Shown here piece after piece: positions 28,001-41,269 of a stretch of DNA of 64,000 nt. Source of the stretch: Rhina ancylostomus (Eukaryota). The stretch's first letter is position 1, and each line of letters opens with the position of its first letter. The translations under genes and the position numbers were made by a program. The DNA is taken from assembly GCA_030265395.1 (NCBI GenBank), contig JARFYF010000007.1, forward strand, positions 21,564,564 to 21,628,563, written 5' to 3'. The notes beneath the pieces were generated by a model, which saw only the letters and a program-made list of their open reading frames with translations, was not told where the DNA came from and made no database searches.

Positions 28001-28752
28001 TGTTAAAAAAAATCTCTGAATAAGATTTTAATGACATACCAAATCTTAATTATTGTTGACTATCTATGACATTATGAATAGGTGTGCTTAATTTTAAGCA
28101 TTTAATTTCATTATTTAAAAACAATTGCATATACAAGTTTAATTGATACCAGTATTCCTTTATTTGAAAACAGTGATGTGAAGATTTTTAATGTCATATG
28201 CAGTCACTACACCTTGATCATTTTTATAATGTCATTTTAAAATATATATAAATATCAGGTGAAGTTTGGTAATTGTTCTGCAACTTTTGAGATAATAGTG
28301 TTCATAGAAGTTGTTGTTAAACAGAAAATAAATCCAGGTTTCATGGATCTATCTGATGTTTGCTCTTCCCTGAAAAATTACATTTACTGTATATTCTAAA
28401 GTGTGATGATTGCATTTACTGCCTTGAATGATCTTAGTAATTTTTTTGAATGGTTTTCTTCCTCTGAAAGGCATTCTTTGATTCTAATGATGCACCCAGC
28501 ACTCCCTTTCTGATTGCTACTAATAGTACCCTGCATTAAGGTGACATTGCTACTGGTCAGTTTTCACTTAATGTTTTTCATGATTTATAGCGGGATTTAT
28601 TTTCTGTAACCATATAAGATTTGAAATTTCCTGCTTCTTCAACTGTACAGTATATAGCACGCTTATTCCAAAACCAATGCTGAAAAAGTGGTTGAATAGC
28701 TGAAGGGAATAAGAGACATACAGACAATGCTCTTGTTTTTCTTTCCTTCCAG

Positions 28753-28904
28753 TGGAGCACAGACACTAAGTGGTTCAAACCCCATGCTGGGGAGCAATTC
28801 TGGTGCCATAACCCCTACTGGTATAAATCTAAGCAGCATTATACCACCAGCAGGACTGGTGCCAAGCTCTCTCCCAGCTGCTATGCAATCTGCAGCCCAA
28901 GCAG
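28753..28904 (+). CDS. SUPT20H: SUPT20H exon: [50 protein letters not shown]
   Basis: Polypyrimidine tract with cag| and |gtcagt; phase 2 to 1; resembles human [28 protein letters not shown]. Confidence 0.94.
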
Positions 28905-29127
28905 GTCAGTACAAAATAAGATTACACAGTTAATAAAATATTTTGAACAATTAACATCCTGCTCTGGTTATCTGTGTTTTCTGTATATTTCAGGAGTGTT
29001 TGTCCAGGGTATGCGCTTCTTTCTCAGGAAACAGACTTGTATGAAGTAAATAAAGGAAAAAAGAATGCAAAATTTGTTTGATATTAATTTTAAAGATGGT
29101 TGCCTTGTGTTATCCTTTGCCACATTT

Positions 29128-30159
29128 GAAAGTACATATAGACATCATTATGACATAACACATAGAAGACAGCTCCTTTGGTCCCATACCCCATTTAATA
29201 TAAAGCCCCAAGACCTGTATGACTTAGTCAAAAAAACACCTGAAACTAACAAGTTAACAACTTAGTCAAAAACAGTTAAAACTAACCTCTCACCCTACTA
29301 TCCCATATAGTAGTATAAATTTATGGGAAGACCAGTACCAGACTCTTCTTACCTGTAGTCATATTACGTTGTTAACTCTCAACAATATTCCTCTGCAAAG
29401 TTGTGAAAACCATTTTGTATCGACAGTGCTACCTCGGCAATTCTATCAATTAAAAACTGAGTAGGTATGGAATGTTCTTGAAAAGCAAAAAAGAAGTAGT
29501 AAGTGCTGGAAATCTGTAGTAAAAGCAGAGAAAGATGGAAATACTCAGCAGATCCAGTGGCATCTGATGGAGGATGCCAGACCTGAGTATTTCCAGCATG
29601 CCATAATGTTTTTATTAGATATATGTTCTGAGGCCTGTGTTGTTACTTCTCTCATACAATATATTAGAAAATCTCAATAGTAATTTGTGTCCCATCTTCA
29701 AGTGTTCGAGCCAAGTTGACTACAAAGCAGCTGATGGACAGTTCATGAACAGGTATATTCTCCGTTACCGTCAGCTCACAAGGAAGAAGCCCTGTTGAAT
29801 GGTTAAACAGAATTCTACCATTTCCATACCTGCTCTCAGGACACCTACTCAGTTTTTAATTGATAGTATTGCCGAGGCACCACTGTTGATACAAAATGGT
29901 TTTCACAATTTTGCAGAGGAATACTGTTGAGATTTAACAACGCAATATGACTACAGGTAAAAAGGGTCTGATACTGGTCTTCTTGTAAATTTATGCTACT
30001 ATATGGGATAGTAGGGAGAGAGGTTAGTTTTAACTCTTTGGTTTCAGGTGTTTTTTTGACTAGGTCATACAGGTCTTGGGGTTTTGTGTTAAATGGGGTA
30101 TGGTGCCAAAGGAGCTGTCTTCTATGTGTTATGTCATAGTGATGTCTATATGTACTTTC
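29128..30159. repeat. Long inverted repeat: arms 29128-29466 and 29843-30159, spacer about 376 nt
   Basis: Manual alignment of the left arm with the reverse complement of the right arm gives about 92% identity plus one ~22-nt indel. Confidence 0.95.
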
Positions 30160-31326
30160 TAATGAAATTCTAAACTGTACTCTGTTCAAAAAAGACCGTG
30201 TCAGTTAGGTAATCAGTGTTCTATAAAATGATTTCTTCTTGCACAGTTGATTATGACTAAGTGGTTTGTGAAAGCAAAGCAGAATGATAATTGCAACTGA
30301 AAGGATTAAAAGATGAGCACAGATTTCATTGGCTATCTTTGCATACCATTAAATAATGCAGATTAGGAGATGATCTAATTCATGTATGTAAGATGATAAA
30401 GGGATTTGATAGGGGAGATATTGATAAGCTTCATCCTTTGGTGAGGGAGCCCTGAAGAAAAGGACATAATACTGAAATCAGAATTCCCACATTAGGCATG
30501 AAATTAGGATGCACCTTTGAACATAGAGTGGTAGAAATCTGAAACACTGGCCTTCAAAAGGCTGCTGAGTTTAGCTTAATTAACCAAGATCAGTAAATTT
30601 TTGTTAGTTAAGAGCATTGAGAGATATTGAACAAAGATGGGTAAATGGAGTTGAGGCATGGATCAGCCATGAACTAATTGAATAGGAGTGATATTCTGAT
30701 GTTCTAAAAAGTTAATCCAGACCAGACTACTTCCTGACTACCTCCAACTCGGAGCAGAGAGCTAAAAGCTGTTGAAATTTATGACAGCTTTTAGTTTGTT
30801 TCTATGGCAGTTATTCAGTGAAGTTAGCTGAATATCTGGATAATTGACTGCAGCATTTTGGTTATTGTAAATATATAGAAAGTGCCTAAACTGGATAAGC
30901 TTTAGCTTATTAATGCAAGACTCAAGAGTTCAGTTTTCAGTTTTTTTTTGAAGTTCAAGTTAAGGTGTACACATTTTCAGATATCTTTTAAAATTACAGC
31001 AAGTTGATACTTTCAAAACAATCTTCAAGTGAAGGAGTTCTAAATAGCTGTTTTAAGTCTGTCTAGATTTCTAATTCTTGATTGATTAAATAATGTGCCT
31101 AATCTGAAAAACACAATAAAGTGTAATATTTAACATACTGCCCAATTACGAAAAGTATGCCTGACAGTTGAGTGAAGGGTCTATTTCCATGTTGTTGCAT
31201 CCAAGACTATGTCTGAATCGACACAATTTTTGGTCTGGACCTTGCAGTTGACAACTACTTCTGGTCCACTTACGAATAGTAAAGTATAGAAATTAATAAA
31301 AAGTGAAATGTTAATTTCCTATATTT

Positions 31327-31330
<4 letters not shown>

Positions 31331-31368
<38 letters not shown>
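31331..31368. repeat. (TA)n microsatellite
   Basis: Read directly from the sequence; repeated across the adjacent N gap. Confidence 0.9.
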
Positions 31369-31372
<4 letters not shown>

Positions 31373-31959
31373 GAGTTTAAAAAAAAACGTTGCAGTTTTC
31401 AANNNNNNNNNNNNNNNNNNNNNNNNNNNNNNNNNNNNNNNNNNNNNNNNNNNNNNNNNNNNNNNNNNNNNNNNNNNNNNNNNNNNNNNNNNNNNNNNNN
31501 NNTATATATATATATATATATATATATAAAAAGAGTTTAAAAAAAAACGTTCCAGTTTTCAATTTCCTGCTTTCCTCTCTGAGAATTCTTCATTGTGATT
31601 GGGTGCCTAACCTATTCGATATCATCACTGTTACTGAATACCAAAAATCCGCAATGGCTGATGCCAGAATAAAATCAACACCGAAAGAGAACACAAAACC
31701 TATGTTCAAGTCAGCAGTCAATTCACATCATAACCTATAATGTTTAATATAACTGTCTAAAATTTGCATCCAGATTGAATGATTCTGATTTTTGGATCCA
31801 ATTGTATTTCTTTTTCAAAGCAGCAAAATTTATATTTTATATTTGGGAAATACAATCCTTTGACACTTGTCAGCAGAAGAAGCACTCTGATGAGGGGCCT
31901 CTTGTCATAAATTTTCTGATCCTGTATTTTTCAAGTAAGAAGGCATAATTTCTTCCTCA

Positions 31960-32917
31960 GCTGTATGTCATACAGTTATTTAGCATGGAAACTCGTCCAT
32001 GCTGACCAAAGTGCCTTCCTGAGCTAATNNNNNNNNNNNNNNNNNNNNNNNNNNNNNNNNNNNNNNNNNNNNNNNNNNNNNNNNNNNNNNNNNNNNNNNN
32101 NNNNNNNNNNNNNNNNNNNNNNNNNNNNAGCATGGAAACTCGTCCATGCTGACCAAAGTGCCTTCCTGAGCTAATCCCATTTACCTTCATTTGGCCCATA
32201 TACCTCTTAGCCTTCCCTATTCATGAATCTGTCAAAATGTCTTCTAAATATTGTAATTGTACCTGCTTCGACCACTTCCTCTGGCAACTCGTTCTATAGA
32301 TCCACAGATCCCCTTTAATTCTTCCCCCTCTCACTTTAAACCTATGCCCTCTAGTTTTAGACTCCCCTATCTTGGGAAAAGGACTGTGACCATCCACCTT
32401 ATCCATGCTCTTCATGATTATGAACCTCGATAAAATCACTGCTCAGCCTTCTGCACAGCAGCAAAAACAAACCTAGCCCATCCAGTCTTTCCTTATAACT
32501 CAGGCTCTCCAGTCCTGGTAACATCTGTGTGAATCTTTTCGGCACCCTCTCTAGCTTAAGCACATCCTTCCTATAGCATGGCAACTAGAAATGTCCACAA
32601 TATTCTAGATGTGGTCTATAACCAACATTCTGTACAGCTGTAACATGACCTCTCAACTCTTGTATTCATTGTCCTGACTGATGAACGCAAGTGTGCCTTA
32701 TCCCTTCTTCACCACTTGGTCTACCTGTGTCACCACTTTCGGGGATGTGTGTACGTGTACCCCAAGGTCTCTCTGTTTTACAACACTCTCCAGGACCTGC
32801 CATTTACTCTGTATGTCGTGCCCTGATTTAACTTCCCAAAATGCATCACTTCAAACGTCTGAGTTAAATTCTATCTGTCATTCCTTTGCCCGCTTTCCAA
32901 GTTGATCCAGATCCCTT
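31960..32917 (-). mobile_element. CR1-family LINE 3' fragment
   Basis: YRKDVLKLERVPKRFTQMLPGLESLSYKERLDGLGLF and ESKTRGHRFKVRG are typical of the CR1 ORF2 C-terminus. Confidence 0.9.
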
Positions 32918-33379
32918 ACCGTAGCTTTAATATCAGAAGTGTCACCCATTTGGCTTCAATTATGACATTTCTATTATCCATTGCAACTATCCCCAATGCG
33001 AAAACTTGTTTTTTAAAAGCACTGATTTACTTGTTTTGATCACAATATATAAGAGTTTGGAGCATAGATTATAGATCTTAGCTAAATCAACTTGCTTGGA
33101 TTTATATGTGGTGAGATGAACTGGCCTAGAATACCTACCTAACTCCTTGTAGTTTTAGGTTCCAGGTGAATGGTTGAATTCCTCTCAAAGCCATGTTTTA
33201 GATAATAAAAATATACCAAATTCAGCATGTCAAACTATTTAGAATTACTCTGAAGTAAATAGGTTGAGGAAAATACATGTAACTGCACATTGAAGAAGGC
33301 CTTGCTTCTGAACATAAAAGTGCTTTTGAATCATGTAACTTAATTCATTGTACCTAATATGTCACTGTTTTCTCTGTAG

Positions 33380-33438
33380 GTGGTTCATTTGTTGGCTTAA
33401 AAAATGCTCCTGGTTTCAGACCTCTGAACTTGCTTCAG
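33380..33438 (+). CDS. SUPT20H: SUPT20H exon: GGSFVGLKNAPGFRPLNLLQ
   Basis: tag| and |gtaggg; phase 1 to 0; resembles human GVPFGLKNTSSLRPLNLLQ. Confidence 0.9.
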
Positions 33439-35849
33439 GTAGGGTTCCTTTATTATGGCGTCTTCCATTACTTTCATTCGTCATCTTCTGAAATAATCTT
33501 CATTATTCTGGTTATCGTACCATAACATATCTGAAGCATTTCATGTTTCTAGCTAGTATTTTTGAAATGCAGAATAAGGCATGCTTATAATGGCAAATAA
33601 AGTATCAGTTCTGGTCTGCAATTAACCCTTAACTTGAAATTCAGAATTCCTAATAGTACCATTATGTTCTTGTTAATCTTACATTTGTCTTGATTTGAAC
33701 ATTTTACCAGAACACATGAGAATAAGACTTGAACTTCAAATACATCTCCTCCCATTATTCCTATTTCCAAAACGTGGTGCGCACTTCTGATTGTATAATG
33801 TGGATAAGACCATCTTCTATTGACCTCCAGTTTGTGCTTGTAAATTTCATAACATTATAGTCAGTTAAATGCCCTTGCCAACACCATTCTTATTCTAATG
33901 ATTTAAAATCCTAAATCTAAAATGTCCATTCACATAAATAATCTGTATTTACCACATGTAGTTAACTTTATCCATGAAACCAATTTCAAATTTAGCAAAT
34001 CCTGCAAACAACTTTCTTGAAATTCCTGAAATGGGATAATAAGGTCATGGATTTATCATTTGTGATTGGACCTTAAGAGGTCCACATCCATTTTTTGACA
34101 TTGTTTTTTGCTACTATTCCATTCAAGAATCATATTATTTGTGACTTATTCTCAGGTAATTCCTTCTTCACATTCAAGTTGCCTCATACATTTTTGTCAG
34201 AGAACTGTTCTGATAAAATTAAAACTTGTTCTCACATTGTTCTTACTTGGATCACCCTGCCACATCTGACAGAGGTGTGGTTGGTTTGGAACATATGAAA
34301 AAAATCACATGCTAGAAATAATATACAAAATTTCCTATCCAAGTGTCCCAGTGTCCTCCCATCTAATGATGTCATATGTGAGGTTACGTTAGAACAAATG
34401 AACCTAAACTCAATGGTACATAATCTAACATTGTAAAGCCTTTTCAAGGAAAATAAGTCCATCTCAAGGCCTTTTCCAGAACTTTCATTGTTACTTTAAC
34501 AACAGGATGACACTTGCCTACATGTGCATACTATTATCAGAGTATATAAAGTCTTGAATATGAGCCAGCAGATCCAAAATAGAAAATATCTGTGTAGCTT
34601 TTCCTCGCCAAGATGGTGTTCTTTAGTAGTTTACTGACCATGTCAGTGATTCTGCTTTTTAGAATGGTACACTGACATGCTTTGTTTTTAATCATATTTT
34701 AACTCTTTATTAATTAAAGATTCCACAGTTTATTGATCTTCACAATTTTTGTACATAACCTGAAAAAATGTATGTACACAAAGAACAAACCAGTTGGTTG
34801 TTTTTGCTGTACATTGCCATTCCTGGCACAGAGTAAAGTATATTTATTCTTCTGTGAAATGTGAACATCACTGACAAGGTCAGCGTTATAATTCATGATA
34901 TACTTACATTGAGGCCTCTTTATCTGCATGGGATAGGGGCATAACTTTCCACAAATAAGAGAAAAAGTATTTTGTACCCTTTACCCGTGCCCCGCCCCAG
35001 TAAACATTAATATGCCCTACAAAGTTCTAAAAGCATTAACACACATTAATGTTAAATGTTTAAATACTTAGAATGTTTAAATACTTAAAGAAAATGTTAT
35101 TTGCTAAGAAACTACTTCCATTGATACCTACAAGCAATGATTTTTTTTAATTCAGAAGGTGCATCAGTATATACAAAGATTGCTCTATTAGAACAGTGCA
35201 CAACAGGGCCACCAGCACAAGTGTGTGGAAACTGATTACAGACAATGATTTATTCCTCGATATGAACATGTATGTAGATATATTTGATAGAAAAATTTGA
35301 AGGTGGGGTGCAGGGCCAAATTTGCAAGTACCCAGATCTACAGATAGCAATCAGTGGATAACGAGGACTGAGTGTATTTCAAAATTTTTTTCATTGTGTT
35401 TTTTAAATATAATTTGTACATTCCTTGTACTTTTCCAAAAATTGCATTAGCTCAAAATGAATTTTCTCCATAAACACCATACAGCATGCGATTAAATACA
35501 TATAATGTTCAGGTTAGGTAAGCTGCAAATGGTTATGTCAGGTTTCAATTCTACAAACAGAAAAATTTGGAGCAGGAGTTGGACATTTGTGCCCCCATGG
35601 AAAACATTTTAACATTATTGCAGTCATTAACACTTTTTCCTACTGATTGATCAGGAACCTCAGAATAATTACAATGTAATATTAACTTTCTAGAAGAGAA
35701 CCCTGACAACTCCTTTAATACTATGTTTCTCTGCCTGTAGTGTCTTTGGAATGCATTAAGACACACCACGTATATATCTGAAGAGGTCATGTTTGTTTAC
35801 AGGACAGCACAATTATTATTTAACATGTTGAAACCTAAGCTGTGGCTGC

Positions 35850-38750
35850 AAAACTTTGTGTTCTACACAATGTGTGAAACTGTCCCATTGTCTGCAGCGT
35901 AATAGGATCACATTACAAAGGTACACACCGATACAGAAAACAAAATGCTTAAAAATGCATTACACTCGGCTCTCTTTTTAAAGCAACAGTAAAATACAAT
36001 ATACACATTTAAAGAATAACAACAACAAATTTAGTTTAGAGATTCTGATTTCCTTACAGTTTTTGGTGTTGAATCCATTTTTAGACTGATTCTAGAACTG
36101 AATTGAAAGAAGGTTCTGTTTCTTTATTTGGATTTGATGGTTCACTTCACGGATTTATACCGGATCCAACTTAGACATGATTTCATGTTCAAAATCTCAA
36201 CTTGGTTCAGCTTTACTAGAGATCATTTATTTGAACTAAGTGAACCCTTTGGATTTTGCCACCAATTTCAACCAAATATCTCTTGGCTTCGCATACCTCT
36301 TCTATGGTTCCTACTTCCTGTTAGTGTGAGCTCAGCTTGCGAGGTGGCGTAAGGACATAAGCATGCTCATTTTGCATGAAACTGCTTTCTTTCTGATTAG
36401 TGCTACTTTTAATTCAACAACTTCTGTTCAGCTCCAGAAAGAAAATTTGTTGAATGAGTCTTAAGCATGTTTTGAATCTTCTCATCAAGAGCTCTATGGT
36501 TGGTTTTATTCAGAGCTGATCTCTACTAACCTAGAAATCGTTCAAACAGTGTTTCAGGCTGAGTTTTGAATACCCCTGCAACATTTGCTTCTTGAGCCAT
36601 TATTTCTGGCTTATTCTTGGCTATTTAAAGCCAAAAGATGTGAAGGAGCAAGAATAAAGCTTGCAAACTGAATACATCACAGTTGAGGGCCATTGTCTGA
36701 CACATGCTCTTCAGATAAAGTCTGACATCTACACACGTTGTACATGGATCCATATGCTTCATTTCACTTTGAGTGACTATTGATCAGTACCAGGCAGTTG
36801 TTACTCCATTTTTCTCAAAAGTCTGCATGTGGTCTCTGAAAAGGTTGAAGAGGCCCTTTGCATGACTGCAAAGGAGCTTATGGTGGTTTATTTGTACATC
36901 TATGGCAAAATCTAGTTTGCATAGCACTGACTTTAGGTCAGTAAGCAAAGCTTCTTGCAGTTTGCTTTCTTGCTGTCTATTCCTGTGTATTTGGTATGAA
37001 GTTCGGCCAAAATCTTTTTCTTTCCAAATGTAGAGGTATTGCCTCTCTATGACCACATCCCCCAACTCTACCATCACCTATTCACACAGTTATTGCAACA
37101 GTTACAGAATGGTTTTGTCTGTGTATTGGTCACATTCTGTCCATGCTATCAGTACCTGTTCATGGACTTCTTACAAGCTTAATTCTGACTGGATCTTGTG
37201 TGTGAATTCAGACATAATTACTGGAAAGTAATTATGGACATTGTTAACATTGTAGATCCTTCTGTTACTTCCAACATTAGAGCTGCAACAGCAACTGCAA
37301 TGAGGATCTGCTTGGAATTCCTGTACTTGATTTAGTTTATAGATTCTGATTTCCTTACAGTTTTTGGTGTTGAATCCATATTTAGACTGATTCTAGAACT
37401 GAACTGAAAGAAGGTTTTTGTATAATTTTTCTTGCCTACACAAGCAACAGTCTACCGCTATAAGATTTTATCAATGATGTCCTAGAACATCTTGCGTGAA
37501 GACTGGACTCCACAGGGTATCCTTGTATTTTGGAAGAGTCCTTTGTGTGAATTGTTGATTAGGTACTATTGATAGTCTATGTTGGCCTCACTTTTGCCAA
37601 GGCAAGGAAGAGATCCATTTTGTGAACACAGTTGATCCTGCACTTGTGAAGTGGGGAATGGATATTGTTTGTCATCAACAGTTTGACAGTGTGACTCTAG
37701 TCACTGCACAACTACGCTGACTTGAATTGAGGCACAACCACAATTTCACAAACACGCCATTCTGTTCTAGCCTATCAAGTTCCTTTTTATGTTGACTCTT
37801 TAAAGCACACGAGACTGGTCTTGGCTTGCAATAAACAGATTTCACATCTGCTCTGATGCAGATGTTCAAATTGTATCCTGTCATGTCACTGGAGTCCACT
37901 TTGAATGTAATGACATACCTTTCCAATGCTGTGACAATGTACGACGTCAAAGTATCAGCAGTGAAATCTACCACAAGTTGTATCAACTAGTTCTTTCTCA
38001 TTAAATTTGTCCTGTTTCCATAGATTGCCATGATGATTGGTTGATTATAGTGGATCAGTTGTTGATCTACCAATCAACGCACAAAACCATTGCATAAGGC
38101 ACAATACAAGAAGGCACAAAATTGCAATGCATGGATAAGCTTTTTAATGAAATCCTGTATTCATCTCACTTCTAGCTCATTGTACCAATATTACAGATTT
38201 CAGGTGTTTTGAACAGCTTTGATAAAGTAATCTTCCAGTTTCTGCATAACATTTTTAAACAAGGCTTTTATTTTGTCTTGCACAGTGCAAGAAGATTTTC
38301 CACTGTGCCATTTGTTTCTGGCCCAATCTCCAGCACAAGCTTTAATACTATATGCCTGCATACAGCATCATTTTGAACTCTCATGATATCTTGGATATTG
38401 TTCACTTTCAAAAATTTGACCATTCATCCGATGTAGAAAATGAATGGTTCCGAGCTCAGTCATACATGTCTAGAACCCAGTGACATTGTTGTCCTCCTAT
38501 TTAGCAATGTCATGGTTAAACATGGTGTATGGGATAGTCCAGTGATAAATCAAGGACTTCAGCAAAGGAGATTCCACTTGAAAACTCAGTTTTGTGTCCA
38601 AACACTTAAAATTTGCCACATGAGAATGCATAGTGGCACAATAAATATATATCCAAAGAAATAATGTTCATTTGCAAAACAACACACTTGCTAATATTCA
38701 TTGAATCCTGTCAATGAAAGATGTTTCATACTGTCTGAAAATTGTTACAT
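35850..38750 (-). mobile_element. Degenerate Gypsy/Ty3 LTR retrotransposon
   Basis: CKPRPVSCALKSQHKKELDRLEQNGV (about 37830-37755) and INNSHKGLFQNTRIPCGVQSS (about 37560-37500) match Gypsy RT motifs; many stops and frameshifts. Confidence 0.8.
36029..37416 (+). repeat. 87-bp direct repeat (36029-36115 and 37330-37416), about 95% identical
   Basis: atttagttta.agattctgatttccttacagtttttggtgttgaatccat.tttagactgattctagaactgaa.tgaaagaaggtt occurs twice. Confidence 0.9.
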
Positions 38751-39109
38751 TGTTCTGCTATCCAATATCATTACGGTATAAAATATATACACAGAAACAC
38801 ATGTTCCTTGCTTAATGATATTACTTAATTTTGATCGAGTGGCAAGTATAATGACGATTAATTATGTAATTATCTTTTCCACTAACGGTAACCTTTGACA
38901 TACTCCAGTTTGCAAAGTGGAGTATACAGGAACTACTTGTATTGTTCCACTGATTATACATGTGTACACTTAATAACTTGAAATCCATTTTTTAAGCATG
39001 TAATCATAATTATATTAACTAATGTAAGAGCAACACACTTCACACTAAGTACTAAGGAATGAACAAAAGGAAGTTTCTTTTTCAAATTTTGTTGTGACTG
39101 TCCTCAAGA

Positions 39110-40330
39110 ATTGCAGGAAAGATAGAAAAGTGGGGAAACAGTAGTGATAAAATTGATAAAAGGTACTGGAAAGAGCTAATGTAGGTGGACTGCTAGGCTG
39201 ATGGATGTCTACTACAGGCCATTATTTAATGGGAAATGGTGATCACATTAAATGGAAGGTTTTCGATAGGAGATTGCAATGTTCCTTTCTCCCCTGTGCA
39301 AATGTGCCTGCACAAAACAAAGTAAGTGATTAAAGATGTAGAGATTTATATGAAACAAAGTGAAATTCATAATAATGCAGAACCAAACTGAAAACACAAA
39401 GTACAATTGAAAAAGGAAGTAATAAAAGTGATGGCATGGAAGTAGGTTAGCTGGTAACAAAACAAATGCAAATGTCTTCTATAAACAAATAAATGGTAAA
39501 AACTTAATGAGAGGAAAGTTTAAGTTCATTAGAGAACAAAAATATGATTTTGTGACAGGAGCAAGTGTGATTTGTTTCTGTGTACTTCAAATACAGAATA
39601 TTTCCAATGATCGGTAGAGGTACAAGAGAAATTAATAAGATAAAACAGAATAAAAGGGAGTGCTTAAAAGATCTGCAGTGTTCAATATAAAAATAAATAA
39701 TGTTGTTCAGCAAGGAGACATCCTCCATTGCCAAGGCTCTGGCCACTATCTTCCGATTCTCCTTGGATAGGGATGTAGTGCTGGAGACTAGAGTTTACAA
39801 ATGTCCAGTCAACCTAACCCAATACAAGACAAAACTAATTTGAAGTCAGTAATATATGGGTCAATAAAGAATTTAGTTACGTCATCAAGTTTTTATTCAT
39901 CAGCAGACAAATCAGATTGTTGATAAGATTTCAGGATTGGTAGAGGTAATCAAATTTGATATCCATAATGTTGCTTTGCAATGAAAATAGAATACTTTAC
40001 TGAGGTGTAGCAAACAAAAAACTGTTGGCTTCGCAAAGCATTCTGAACAGTCTGCCTTTCTCAGAGGATCTGAGTTAGTGTGGCAAAGCCCAGCCAAAAA
40101 TAATTCAGTGATCAGGATCTGACAAGAGGTTATTTGATTTACACATTTCATGTGCGATTGAAATATTACCTGTTCTACAGTGAGGCCCAGCACTTTGTTC
40201 AGAAGATGTTATAGGGTTCATTAGTAGAAGCTTAAGTTGAATCTTATAGGTAGTGACGAGGGCATTCCACCATTCAACAAGACTATTGTGCCTCAAACAT
40301 GCTTAAATAAATTTACATATATTGAAAGAC
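39110..40330 (+). mobile_element. Old CR1 LINE ORF2 remnant
   Basis: ctggccactatcttccgattctccttggatagggatgtagtgctggagac resembles the CR1 IF..SL..G.VP.DW segment. Confidence 0.6.
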
Positions 40331-41149
40331 TAATGTTAGCTCGATTGTAATTGCTCATATATGAAACTTCAGATACGTAACCAAAGAACAAAGGAAGTCT
40401 ATTCTGGGGGGAGAAATGCATCATTCCTTTTAACTATTTCTTTGGTAACCTGTGGCAGCTTTAGGATTTAAGAACATGCATCCCTTCTCTGAAAAGTGAA
40501 TATTTGTGAAATGATTACACAAAACATACACACCTGTCGCCACAGAAACAAAAGTGATATAACATCCTGTAGAGGGTATGGTACTGACTAGCAAGTTGGA
40601 GATCACGAGTTCGTATCCCATCATGAAGAGCTGTGAGGTTGAAATTACCAACGTGCCTTTAGAAGACGGATGTTACTAAACAACTGATTCACTAATAACA
40701 GCAGAAATGCTGGAAGAACTCAGACAGGCAAGCAGCATCAGTGGAAAGAGTAACGAGTTAACATTCAGGTCAGTGACCCTTCCTCAGAACTAGACACGAT
40801 TCACTAATATCCTTCCAGCTGGTCTAACCCAAGTAAGACTGTCCCCTACCGTTTACTCTCTGCTGCCTTCTGAGATGTCTGCAAGCCACCTATTTCAGGG
40901 CAAGTAGGATTGGGAAGTAAATCTATCCGAGTTGCCGTCACAAACCTTAAAAACTTTTTGATAAACTCACAGTAGAATGGCCTTGTCTATTGCTGGGCGC
41001 TTCAAAATATGGTAATAATTTGTTTTATATATGGATTCTTAATAAAGCACTTCTGTGCCAAAAAGGGCTGTAGTTATGTAGATAATACCGTATAATCCAA
41101 ATTTAGATAGTGGTTTTGTCTTTATTTTACATTTTTAATCCTATCCCAG

Positions 41150-41269
41150 CTGTCAAGTGGCCCACCAGTGATCTACAATCCACTACAGAAGCAACAGTTC
41201 ACCCAGTTTTCTCAGCTACAATCATCCCAGCAGTCTGAAACTTCCAGCCCTCAACAGCAGGGAGAACAG
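41150..41269 (+). CDS. SUPT20H: SUPT20H exon: LSSGPPVIYNPLQKQQFTQFSQLQSSQQSETSSPQQQGEQ
   Basis: cag| and |gtgcat; 120 nt; resembles human LPGGSLIFNTLQQQ...SPQQPGEQ. Confidence 0.88.

Noticed and set aside
28403-28513. GTGATGA...CTGA, possible C/D box snoRNA
   Set aside because: No terminal stem and no recognisable rRNA or snRNA guide; such boxes arise by chance in AT-rich DNA.
29845-30189. 114-aa ORF on - mirrored by a 66-aa ORF on + (ESTYRHHYDITHRRQLLW...)
   Set aside because: The shared peptide follows from the inverted repeat; no recognisable domain, and the left arm has a frame-breaking indel.
31331-31561. Apparent tandem duplication of (TA)n-aaaagagtttaaaaaaaaacgtt across an N gap
   Set aside because: Near-identical sequence on both sides of a 100-N gap is a typical unmerged contig overlap.
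31888-31915. CTGATGA resembling a hammerhead core
   Set aside because: No GAAA after a stem II and no stem I partner seen.
31982-32175. 47-bp direct repeat flanking an N gap
   Set aside because: Same scaffolding artefact as above.
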